A stretch of DNA of 63,904 nt, counting the filler, from Octopus bimaculoides (taxonomy: Eukaryota): assembly GCF_001194135.2 (NCBI RefSeq). It is 4 parts of 4 records of this genome, joined end to end, with 100 filler letters (N's around TTAATTAATTAA, not from the genome) between each part and the next. Parts side by side here need not be neighbours in the genome. Positions count along the whole stretch, not along the records: positions 4,259 to 32,769 come from NC_068983.1; 3 more parts are not named here. One strand, given 5' to 3'. Under the pieces are notes generated by a model. That model saw nothing but the letters and a program-made list of their open reading frames with translations, ran no database searches and was not told where the DNA came from. A program made the position numbers and the translations under genes. Shown here piece by piece: positions 11,411-23,176 of this stretch; within the stretch, counting starts at the first letter, position 1; the number at the start of each line of letters is the position of its first letter.

Positions 11411-13819
11411 ATTAATCACACACACGCACAGATACACAAATACACGCAAACACATGCACAAACATGCACACACTCATAAAATGTCTCAATATTCTGATAT
11501 CATTCAGCTAATTCTACTTCATTTTATATAAATTTTTGTTTGAATTAAATTTCTATTACTTCAGAGGGAGCAGTAGAAAATAAAACGTAGATTTACGCAA
11601 CTAATGCACTAGGTACTTCGTCTGGTACTTCATAGTTTCCGCAATGCTTTTGCTTTGTTTCTACTACGCTTTTACTATGGAAATTGCATCAGTTCATCCA
11701 TTACGTGTAATATCAAGGTGGTTTTATTGAAGACAAACCGAAACTTATTCAGTAGCATTAATTAATGCAGCAGGAAATGTTTATTAAAACAAGAAAAAAA
11801 CATTCATTTTGTGAAGAATAAGCTTTTGGTTTTATTCTATACTTAATTGTCCAGTTATCACATCATTCTTACTTACTTGTACTCGTATTTAATGTTATTC
11901 TAGATGGCTAAGTATAAACTTATACAATGGAAAGAATAACATTTTATTATGTATATATTCTTTAAGTCAACCAATAAATATTATAAAAAGTGTAACAAAT
12001 AATAAATCAATGCAGCAAGTCTTAGATTTGTCTAATTTCTTTGCTCGTGTAAGTGATTATCAGTGCTGAAAATATGACCCCTCCAGAATATTAGAAGCAT
12101 AACTGAAACCATTAGGGTTACCTCGGTACCACATTCTCATTCACTACGAAATTTTAATTAGCAGTAGCAAGCTCGTATATAGTAAACGTTTTTGTCTTCG
12201 ACTCTCACAAAGAAGCAATTTAACATTAAATGAATAATTTGTTTTCTTTTGAGTAATCACAAAGCTTGTATCTCAAGTGGGTTGAAATTTGATATCATTC
12301 CCCCAGAGTAAGTGAAATGAAATGACTACAATGAATTATTATTGAGATTCAACTTTCGGTCAGCGGTAAGCTAATTTCTTGCTGAAAGGCTTTCAACTTT
12401 AAAAGAATATATGAATATATGTTGATGTGGGTTGTGTACAGGTGCTTACGCTTCACTGTATGCATCATTTTGTTGAAATATTTTCATATCGATGGTCTTT
12501 GTCCTTAGAATTCATTGTATATTTCTTATTTTGACGGAATAATTTGATTTCTATAAATACAGCCAGAAACGTTTCAATATGTTAATGCACCCATTATATT
12601 ACATCTTTATTTTTAGGGGAAGCGTTTCAATCATCAACTATACCTTTCATTTGATATATCTTGACTTGACTACCATCGATATCCATTCTCTTAGTTGGAT
12701 TGACTTCTAAAGCTGTATTCCTATGTGGCGATGCATAGTCGACAGCTGTGCAGATAAGCTGGCAGTATGATGGATCCTGTGTCAAAGAATATTGCAGTAA
12801 CCAGGGTGAAACGCATGACGATAATAATTAAATTTTTAAGCCAATAGGAATAAATCATGAAATAGCACTTTGCTCACTGAAGAGAGGGTATTTAATAACA
12901 GAACACTTCGTAGTTTTGGCTTTTTCCCTATTACAAAAAAAGTCTATTCTAGCAATCATCATCTATTTTCATTTATATCAATGTCATAATACAATAAATA
13001 TGTAAGGAAGTCATCCTTTTTTCGGGAATGCTTATATACATGGATACATAAATACATATATATATACGCACATGAATACTTAGATGCATAGATACATTTA
13101 TACATATGCATATCAAATACATACAGAAGTGCGCGCACACAAACACACATTTGAAGGGGAGGATAAAACAGAGAAAGCAGACAGAAATAGAAACAAATAT
13201 ATCATATTCACAAATATAAATAATATAATAGACAACAAATACATTTGCATATAAACAGATGTATAGATAATACGCAGATAATAGTTTTTATTACTTGTGA
13301 TAATATTTTCATGGATTGAATCAGTTTAAGATGGTTTATTTTCTATTTTGAGGATTGTTTTTATCATTCGTATACTTGGGGTTTACTGATAAGATTTGTG
13401 GCAATCTGATGTTCAAACTCTTGATTTTATTATACTTCTATGCTATTCACATTGCAGCATATGCGTTTTCTTCCTCTCTCTATTTCTGTGCTGTGTATTT
13501 GCTGTGTTCCCACATTATCAGTTGCATTGTTAGAACAGATTTTCTGCGAATTCGTTAAAACTGAAGGCTATCATTTCATAGCAATCTGAACTAATGTAAA
13601 AATTAGATACTTGCCTGAACATATTTAACTTCATATAGAGTTACCTAGCAAACATATGACTGTGTTCTGAAATTAATTTCTGTAAAATTACTGTAAAAGC
13701 CGTTGGTGTATTATCTAAAACAAACATCTACAAGATGTCACATTGTCACATCTTTTGCAGAAGTCATTAAGTAAAAGTAATATATTAACAATACTTAAAT
13801 AAAGTAGACACAGTAAACA

Positions 13820-13935
13820 TCGAATAGTTACGAAGTTTGCTTCTCAATATCATTATGTAGAATTCGATCTCGCTGCATGGTATCTTGGGAAAGTGTTTAT
13901 TACTATAATCTCGAGTTGACCTAAGGCATGTATCG
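13820..13935 (+). mobile_element. Degenerate 5' head of family A SINE
   Basis: gaagtttgcttctcaa..ctcgctgcatggtatcttgggaaagtgtttattactataatctcgagttgacctaaggcatgt aligns to the head of the 7266-7592 copy. Confidence 0.6.
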
Positions 13936-15784
13936 AAACTTTACAGAAGTTCATAGAATTCACTGCATCTTTAATCCGCTAGTGTAGCTTTGTCACATTG
14001 TTTCTGTTTGTGAATTATGTCAAAGGCACACGTATCTGTGGAACACTCAGTCACTTATACACTAATGCAACGAATGTTTCTCGAATAGTTTAGACACTCA
14101 TCGTCGAAACCGACGAAAATCCCCTATTACTATATTATCTTTACGTGAATTACAAATTCATTTTTTCATCATATATTATCTGATATAAACTGAATAATTC
14201 ACTTCTTTACTTCTCTATTTTGAATTGTATAAACCAGTGAAAATATTTTTAGTTAAAACCGTCTGACTGTTTCTATTTTATTTTTGCTTATTCTATTCTC
14301 ATCGTCTGAGAATATCAATATATCTCAATATATTTAAAAGAAATATATGCAAACTCGTACTTATATCTACAGTTTTGAATGTAAATGTGTATATTTAGGA
14401 AACCTTTCTAGCACAATTTTCAATATTTTTTCGCTGGAACAGACTTTGCGTAGTCACGTGAACATAATAAAATTGAAAGTAGAATACGTAAAATTATACA
14501 ATAACTATTTTAATTTTTGCATTGTACATGGTACATATAGTCATTCCATGAATACGAAATGTTGGATATTCAAAGAATAGTCATCATAGTGAATGCATAT
14601 AACTAATGGAAGTTAAGAAATATCAAATATCAATCAGAGCTGCATATAAACGTAAATTATGGTTTAAACAAGGCCTAACTCTGAACCATTAATGCCAGAA
14701 AATACGAAATCTTACAGTTTCTGAATCTTTTGATAATTCTTCCAATGATACCCATCGTAGGCAATATAAACGAAGATAAAGGACGAATTTATTAAAGTTG
14801 AAACATCTGTGAGCATCATTAATATCATATCCCCTGACTTTCAAATGTTTATCTTTAACATGACACGTGTAACAATCAGAGATACGCATGCTTAATGGTC
14901 TTTGACAATAAAAGTGGCTTGAAATTGATGTGCTACAACAAATACTGTATTTGATGTTCTTCGAATTAAATATGTAAACTAATGTCAATTACAAACTACT
15001 ACATGTTCAAGGAAATTCAGCTACACATGCAAGCATAATTTATATGCAACAGAAATTGTGACAGTTACAACAGTCTATATGCATAATACATTTATTCCAA
15101 ATATATGCGCAGATTTTGTTTTAGAATTGCCTACTTATGTTCAGAATAGCTTCACTTATCTTCTGTTTGAAGATATTCAGTTTTATGTAGCAATACATTG
15201 CGCAATAATTTTGTTTCTCTCAATAAGTTGAGTGGGGTGCAAGTATTTATTATATCAATGGATTTAATCCTATTTCTTAAAGTAAATCCGTATTATTTCG
15301 GATTAAATCTATAAAATAGGAACTATATGATATGCATGGGAAGAAATCCACGCAATATATTCTTTGGTTGGATTGCAATGTTATTCTTTAGTTATAAATA
15401 CTTACGAAAATACATTAGAGACGAACTGATACTTAACATAGAAATCTTAATAACTAAAGCTAATTCATGTTTGAAAGCGATACTATTAATACAAAATGTT
15501 GTTTCTTCCAACAAATGCTTACACGAATTTATTCTATTCTTCTCTTTTGTAATCCTAGATCCGTCATAAATCTCTATGAACTTATGCATTTGTATATTAT
15601 TAATTAGGTGTTCTCCTGGGTTCAGTTATCTCTCCCATTTGTACAGTAATCCTCTCTACACGATCTCTTCGCTACACTTCCCCATCACCCTATCCACGTA
15701 ATCTCAACTATTGAACTGTTTGTTATTTACTGTTTGATATTTTTATAACTAAAACAATTTCTGTTGATATTGTCGTTTATATGT

Positions 15785-15965
15785 TTGTTGTTGTTTAGCC
15801 CTGGTTGACCATATCTATGACAAAAAGCATTCCAACCATGATCGTTCAGTCCTCTTTGATAGTCTTCCATTACAGGACTACATTAACTAATGTGTCTCTT
15901 GACTTTGAAAGAGACAGCTGGTAATTTGAAGGAAACTGGACTGCTATTTCTTGCAGGTCTCACGG
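15785..15965 (-). mobile_element. Octopus interspersed repeat (family D); related copies at 36870-37040 and 58935-58995
   Basis: Shared gttgttgttt(a/c)accc(t)..gtcagcc/ttgacc..ctatga..aaa(g)gcattcc start following (GTT)n tracts at three loci. Confidence 0.6.
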
Positions 15966-17795
15966 CATGTAAGATAACTACTCTTTGTCTTCATATACCT
16001 AATATTGCTACTGGGGTTGTCACTATCTTATAGTTTTTGTTGTTATTGTCGTAGTTCTTGAAAGTCTTGTGTTATATTTATGCATATCCTTTATGTTTAT
16101 GCTGGTATTGCATTTGGGATTCTTACTGCTAGGCTTAATAGCATCGTCCTTCTTACACTGATACTAATGGTTATCACTGACACTAGTGTCAGTGCTACTG
16201 ATTACAACAATTACTATTGCTGCTACTTCTGCGTTGTATTATTGATTTTACACTTATACTTGAAGGTAATATACATTTTCATCAACATTGCCAACAGTTT
16301 TATATAAAAGACACTCAGCATATTTGATACATCAAAACGTATTGCTGACATTTATAGTATTAAACCCTTTAAAAGAGAAAATGAAGATTAACCGTGATAG
16401 AATCTGGAAAAGGAACCGTGTATTGAAGCTAATTATTATAATGATAGTAGTTTATACAAATGAGACACAATTACGTTGCTCCAAGATTTAGAAGAAAGTA
16501 TAATATGCTCAAATCCACCAAAAGTGTGCAGATGCCAAAACGGAGGGTAGAAGAAGTAATTGAAGGCAGTTTAATATTATTACAATACCAGGATGTCGTT
16601 GGAGCAGTACAGTCAACCACAATGGACTTAGAGCATCGCTCTTTTATGCCTCATTGCTAATGATGCCGAAGTAGAAAAAAGTGATAATTCAAATTATAAT
16701 TAGAGATGTACACAATTAATGTAGTGGTCATGTAGAGGCCACAACACGGTCAAAATCTCAGTTGGACAAATAAGGCAATTGAAAGAATCATCTCGTTGTG
16801 AAATAGGTAAATGAGTACTAATTCGTAAACATTTCTTGATTCACGCTTTCTGCAATATGAATTGATTTTAATCCTACTCAACTTAGGGTGATAGAATTTC
16901 CAGCAGGAACAATTGTAGCTGTGAACAGATAGGAAAAATGAAGCATCTCTTCAGTACATTTCAACTAAGACTAAAAAAAACCCAGTATTCATGGGGACGC
17001 AGTAGTGCTGCATGGAGAGGAAGAGCACTGATATCCTCAGTAGTTTGTTATCTGTAATCAAGGAAATAGGACGAAGGAGGATATTTCGGCAAAGCAGGCT
17101 CTGTGCTGAAATACAAGCCAGCACCAAAACAAAGTGATACCAGATGGAGTGAAAAATAGCGACTAGAGCTTGATTTAAAAATGACACTAGCATTTCCAGC
17201 AGTAATTACATGTCTATGGTTCAACTTGATTGTGTGGATCCCGAATAGGAAAGTCATCAAGAAGGCGGAACTTACTATTAGCTTTGAGCCAAGCATGAAC
17301 AAAGCGTGCTATAGGAATTGGGTTCGCTGTGCAGCACTAATCGATAACGCCGTGAGAGTGAATGGTTTTGCCATTTCTTTAAAAGGCCAAGAATAAACTT
17401 ATCATTGAAAGAACTGACCAGCTATAAACACAATTTTCTTCTTTTCTCTTTCCCATCGACACACACACGCATGCACACAGACACACACATCAACACAAAA
17501 ACACACACAAAAACACACTCTCTCTCTCACTTTTCCCTCCATTCACCACCCTCTCTTACCATCCTATATATCTCTCTCTCCACCCGTACACGCTCAATAA
17601 AACTATATAAAGAGACGGCATCGCAAGGTGAAATTAAAAAAATTGAAAATCCTACACGATTAGGTGAAAAGCGCTTTATATGATTTATAAAACATGTCAC
17701 ATATTAATAAAAAACTGTAAATGTACAACCATCCAAATTTCTGAGTACCTTAATTTTTTTCTATAATATAATTCCTGTGCATCACCTCCAAACCT

Positions 17796-17836
<41 letters not shown>

Positions 17837-18964
17837 CAGAGAGAGAGGGAGAGAGAGAGAGAGAGATGGGAAACAGAAATAGAGTACGACGGATACATTG
17901 GGCGTACTACCTACTCACAAAGTTGAGCTTTAAAAGTGAAAACGATAAAAGACCCTTCATCAGAATCATGCAAAATGCAGCGGTCTTTTGACTTGGTTTT
18001 AACCCTTATGATAATGGATGAAGAAAAATGAAAAAAAACAAAAACAACAACCCCTCCCCAACTAGATTGGATAATATGAAAAGTCAGTTCGCATTGGTTG
18101 AACATAATCTCGTCTGTGATGACGTCTTCCGTCACAAGTATGTTTGGTCGAGGAATATGCAGTAATATCAGAGTAAGACGCTCTTGTGGTACCTTCTGAT
18201 GATCATCCCCATCGCTAATCCTAAAATAGAGCAGAGACCTGGCTACAGTATTAAAGAGTAATGTGTATTGTTCACATAATTTTTGATTAAGAAGTGTAGA
18301 ACTAGTTTGAGTCAGTTGGCGATTTTTTAAACTTCTGGCCAATTTTAGAGTACAAATCTCTAGAGTGGATTATATAAATACATGTATTGTACAAGAGTCG
18401 ATTCAATAGAAAGCAACTCTCAAAATGGATCAATATTAAAATAAAATTTACACTAAATCAAGAGCTAAGCTTCCGGCGAATTTCGATTAACTACTGAATT
18501 TCATTTACGTTAATTACAAAAACCATGAAGCTAAATCTTTCTACCCTTGTTCTAAAATATCTACACACAACTTTATAGGTGATCCGTGAGTCCTCGTCCC
18601 AGTTTGTATTTCTGGGTGTAGCACTTCATTTACTTGTAAGTTTGAATGAAAAGGAATGAACGTTGTCTTAACATGCACCACTCCACTATACAAGTGAAAT
18701 TGTGTTCCAATTTGATAAATCAATATTCTCTTTAAGAACAACCTTTGAAACTGTAATTTCATTCATTTATTACAATCTCACTAAATTAAATTCTGTTAAA
18801 TTGAATTTTAGATCGAATGCAATCTTTAATGTTGACATGTAAAGGGTCACTGAAAGAGAAATTAGCTGTGCCTAATAATACAAATTGATCAAAGTCTGAC
18901 ACTAACAGACAAAAATGCTGAATTTCATGTTTTCTCAGAAAGGACTGGATGAAATGAACTTGAA

Positions 18965-19017
18965 TCACACACACACACACAAACATACACACACACACAC
19001 TCATACACACACACACA

Positions 19018-19064
<47 letters not shown>

Positions 19065-19085
19065 GCGCACGCACGCGTGCACGCT
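18965..19085. repeat. (CA)n/(CACG)n microsatellite
   Basis: Direct inspection. Confidence 0.97.
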
Positions 19086-20089
19086 CAAACAAAAACAGGG
19101 GTGTGATTTGGAAGAAGGAGCAGAGATGCATTTGAAATGCTTTGCGACGTTCATATTGAACATTATACATAGGAATTTAAGATGTTGACATTATCTACTC
19201 ATTATTTCAACCCTATAGCTTTAATGAAATGAATATCATTGATATACTGTGGTCAGTGTATTGCACTTAATCTTAGTAAAACTGAAGTCTATTCTTGTAA
19301 GAACTCAGCATTGATGTTCTCAAAAGAAATTCCACCTTAAACGAAGTGAAAATCATTTCAAGTGGAAATGGGAACTAAATAGCCGACTGGGACTATGATT
19401 GTCTACTCTATATTACATGTGAAAATGTCATGCCCCAGCTTGGCTACAGCTCTCGAGCTGAATCTTGTGAAATAGTAAAGCGTCATAATAAAGAACAAGT
19501 ATTAAAAGTGACATTTTTCTGTGCAAAATGTTCAGATGGTACAGTATCATTGTATGTTTGTATGCAATATGGATAACTGAGGGTTAAGTGAAATATAGAA
19601 GTCAAGATCTTGTATGAAAAGAAAGAAGCCTTCTCGCTATCAAATGACTTACTAAAAACAAAACATGTCCTTCAAATTACAACTTAATATATTAAAAGAA
19701 AATGAAGACAGTGGGTAATATAGTCTCCGAAATACACGATGTCCACGGTCAAGTTTACTCATTTTCGAGTAACTGGGTACTGAGCAACCGTAACGGCAAC
19801 AACAAATCTTATAAGAACAGATATAATTCACCTGTCATTGCTAAGAGAAACCTTATTTTAAATGGCATATTTCGTAAGATGTGTCAACGTTGATATTTCA
19901 ATTAATAAGTATTCTCAGGAAAATTTCTAATTAGTTATAATTATTCAGAGAATTACTAATTTCCCGAACACTGAAATATATAGCATCCAAACTTAACATA
20001 AATGTATAAGTGGTGACGACATAAGAACCACGAAATGATAGATTTTCTGATATTAGAATTATGTTTGAGTTATATATGGATTGGGAAGC

Positions 20090-20116
20090 TACTATTACTG
20101 CTGCTGCTACTGCTGA

Positions 20117-20183
<67 letters not shown>
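20090..20183. repeat. (CTA)n microsatellite
   Basis: Direct inspection. Confidence 0.97.
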
Positions 20184-20184
<1 letters not shown>

Positions 20185-20391
20185 TCTTAATATTGGTAAA
20201 GACCACAAAATTTCAATCGAATCCAGTAAATGATTGGTATTCAATTTATCGACTAGAGAATCATGAGTAATAAACGTGACACCAAAACCATCTCCATGTT
20301 GTATTAATATATTTATATACATGCATATATGTATACATGTGTATAACTCTAACTCTATATGTTCCTGTAATTTTCTTTGTATATATCTATC

Positions 20392-20442
<51 letters not shown>

Positions 20443-20469
20443 GTGTGTGTATACAAATGCACACACATG

Positions 20470-20506
<37 letters not shown>

Positions 20507-20648
20507 NNNNNNNNNNNNNNNNNNNNNNNNNNNNNNNNNNNNNNNNNNNNNNNNNNNNNNNNNNNNNNNNNNNNNNNNNNNNNNNNNNNNNNNNNNNNNN
20601 NNNNNNNNNNNNNNNNNNNNNNNNNNNNNNNNNNNNNNNNNNNNNNNN

Positions 20649-21030
20649 ACCCCCGTTTTAACACCGGCGTTTCGAAGAGCTGGGCAGGACGCATCGTTAA
20701 AACGGCTCTTCCCATGGACCGCAAATTAAATTTGTATGCACAAATTAAACCTTGCCATGGAGGAATGTAGTGGCGGACAAAAAACAAGACAGGAAAACAA
20801 ACAGAAAAGGCTTTACGGCCAGACAAGAAAAATTATGTGTGTATGAACGCTGTGAGGCACGAACTTGAAAGTAGGGACGAAGTAAGTTCGCGTATTTGCT
20901 CGGCGATAGCCAAGGAAGAAAAGGATTATTGACCGGAAGCATGTGACCATTGACAGCAACTTCGGAGTTACAGCCAGCTAAACCATTCGTCAGCCGGCTG
21001 AATGAAGTTTTGTAGTAATACATTTTTGAG
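20649..21030 (-). mobile_element. GC-richer interspersed repeat, probably a Penelope-like element terminal (pLTR) derivative
   Basis: Non-low-complexity block next to a gap. Minus strand carries GAAGAGC..GCTCTTC-GAAAC, a hammerhead-like remnant. Family assignment is inference. Confidence 0.45.
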
Positions 21031-21163
21031 TGTGTTGATTATGGTATGAAGTTAATTGAAAATTTATAACATTTTATGCGATGGTGAAGGAGTGTGCTGC
21101 CATCGTAACCTCATGTACTCCTCAGCTGCATAATGTAAGCTTTCTGAAAAGACCTTACATTAT

Positions 21164-21251
21164 GCAGCTGAGGAGTACATTTTCATTGCACATCTTATGT
21201 GGTGTTCTCACTACATAAATAAACGAGGTTTGTACGAAACGTACGTACTGC
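21164..21251 (+). ncRNA. Minimal type I hammerhead ribozyme
   Basis: Stem I GCAG/CTGC. Core CUGAGGA (21168-74). Stem II GTACA/TGTAC extended by TTATGTGGTG-ttct-CACTACATAA. Then GAAA, a palindromic stem III ACGTACGT and a GUA cleavage triplet (cut 3' of A21247). Confidence 0.82.
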
Positions 21252-22352
21252 TATAACCTATTGAATTTTTGATGCTTTTCTTCAAATTTTATTCAACAAA
21301 TCTCTTGATTTTGTTTTTGGTTTTTACCCTACCAAATTCTGGTGCCACAAACATTTTAAGTTCCACATTTAATCTTTTGATTAAATCTATATTATTAAAT
21401 ATATACGTACATACATACATACATACATGCATATATGTTTATATATGTATCATTAAACAATTAAAAGATCAAAATTGAAAACTGAAATGTCAAAAAAGTA
21501 AGACATTGGAAAGTCAAATTAGGTTGCTGGAGATTACTTAAAGAGTATTCGGTATTTGTATTGTATGGTGATTTAGGTTGCATTTAGAACTGTGGTAAAA
21601 TCTGAAGGTATGGAAAAAGTGGGGGCTGCATGTATCTAGGGCCACATTATACTTATTTAGTAGTATTTAAAAGTTGTGCTTTAATATGTGGAATGCTTCT
21701 TTTAAGCATAACTTACAAACTGAGCATTGACCCTGGTATAGAAGCACACTAAGTAGTCCTATATAATATTGCATATTCACATTTTTAGGTATATGTATGC
21801 GCGTGTGCGCATATCTATATACATATTTCTTCGTTCTCTCACTGCCTCATCAGTCCCCACTATCACTTTAACTAGTACAATAAATGCCTACGTCTATTTT
21901 TAGAAACTTGACCATTATATCTTATTATTCCTTCCTTCAATTTTGAGGTTTGCAACTCACTTTTAGTACACCCCCGCACCATTTTCTTTACCTATCTCTC
22001 TAACTTAGTTCTTTTCAAACATATCACCCCACCTCTCACTTCCCGCACATATTCAATCTTTACATTCTTATCTCTTTCTTTTATCCCCACTCCTATTCCT
22101 TTTGTCTCCTCTCTCCTCTCGCTCACAATATGTTGACCACCAGCTAGCTTTCCTAGAAATTTCACACTGCTTTGGCTGTGTTGTCTCGTTTTATTTAGCA
22201 TATACATGCTCACACATGACCTGCATTAGACTCCTCACTCATACTATTATCGAACCAACCACAGTTCTTCCTTACATTGCCTTATCTCCCATTATGTGTC
22301 TTCTGGATGCCAAAACATTTCATGATGTATATATATATATGTATATATATAT

Positions 22353-22469
22353 AGGGAGAATTGAAAAAAAAAACAAAAAAAAACAACAGACGAAGACTGG
22401 TGGTGTTGAAAACAAATAGATGTATTAGTATAACTTCGGGATTTGAGAAAGTCGTTAACGTTTCGAGCC
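22353..22469 (-). mobile_element. Penelope-like terminal repeat fragment, truncated by gap
   Basis: Minus strand GGCTC-GAAAC-GTTAAC-GAC is the 3' half of a degenerate hammerhead-like motif. The 5' half is lost in the N gap. Confidence 0.5.
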
Positions 22470-22909
22470 NNNNNNNNNNNNNNNNNNNNNNNNNNNNNNN
22501 NNNNNNNNNNNNNNNNNNNNNNNNNNNNNNNNNNNNNNNNNNNNNNNNNNNNNNNNNNNNNNNNNNNNNNNNNNNNNNNNNNNNNNNNNNNNNNNNNNNN
22601 NNNNNNNNNNNNNNNNNNNNNNNNNNNNNNNNNNNNNNNNNNNNNNNNNNNNNNNNNNNNNNNNNNNNNNNNNNNNNNNNNNNNNNNNNNNNNNNNNNNN
22701 NNNNNNNNNNNNNNNNNNNNNNNNNNNNNNNNNNNNNNNNNNNNNNNNNNNNNNNNNNNNNNNNNNNNNNNNNNNNNNNNNNNNNNNNNNNNNNNNNNNN
22801 NNNNNNNNNNNNNNNNNNNNNNNNNNNNNNNNNNNNNNNNNNNNNNNNNNNNNNNNNNNNNNNNNNNNNNNNNNNNNNNNNNNNNNNNNNNNNNNNNNNN
22901 NNNNNNNNN

Positions 22910-22951
<42 letters not shown>

Positions 22952-22971
22952 ATTGTGTGTGTGTGTGTGTG

Positions 22972-23176
22972 TTTGTTTGTACTCCCACCATCACTTGACA
23001 ACCGATGTTGGTGTGTTTACGTCCCCGTAACATAGCGTTCGGCAAAAGAGACCGATAGAATAAGTACTAGGGTTACAAAGAATAAGTCCTGGGGTCGATT
23101 TGTTCGACTAAAAGGCTGTGCTCCAGCATGGTCGGAGTCAAATGACTGAAACAAATAAAAGAAGAATAAAAGAATA
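22972..23176 (+). mobile_element. 3' half of family A SINE
   Basis: Homologous to 38-230; preceded by (TA)n(TG)n and a gap. Confidence 0.9.

Noticed and set aside
12640-12830. GC-richer block with an open minus-strand frame (DPSYCQLICTAVDYASPHR..)
   Set aside because: No recognisable homology and weak donor; cannot be supported as an exon.
14060-14120. Minus-strand CGATGAG..GAAAC..GTT hammerhead-like spacing
   Set aside because: Core incomplete and stems I and II do not pair.
17600-17615. TATA-like ctatataaag as a promoter
   Set aside because: Common in AT-rich DNA; no downstream gene evidence.
17911-18342. 143-aa minus-strand ORF and a possible 28-nt exon (ISDGDDHQK)
   Set aside because: No recognisable domain, donor only moderate, no supporting neighbouring exons.
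18579-18585. Possible 7-nt microexon tag|GTGATCC|gtgagt (similar 14-nt case at 10965-10978)
   Set aside because: AG..GT pairs with decent donors are expected by chance; lengths are not frame-preserving and there is no independent evidence.
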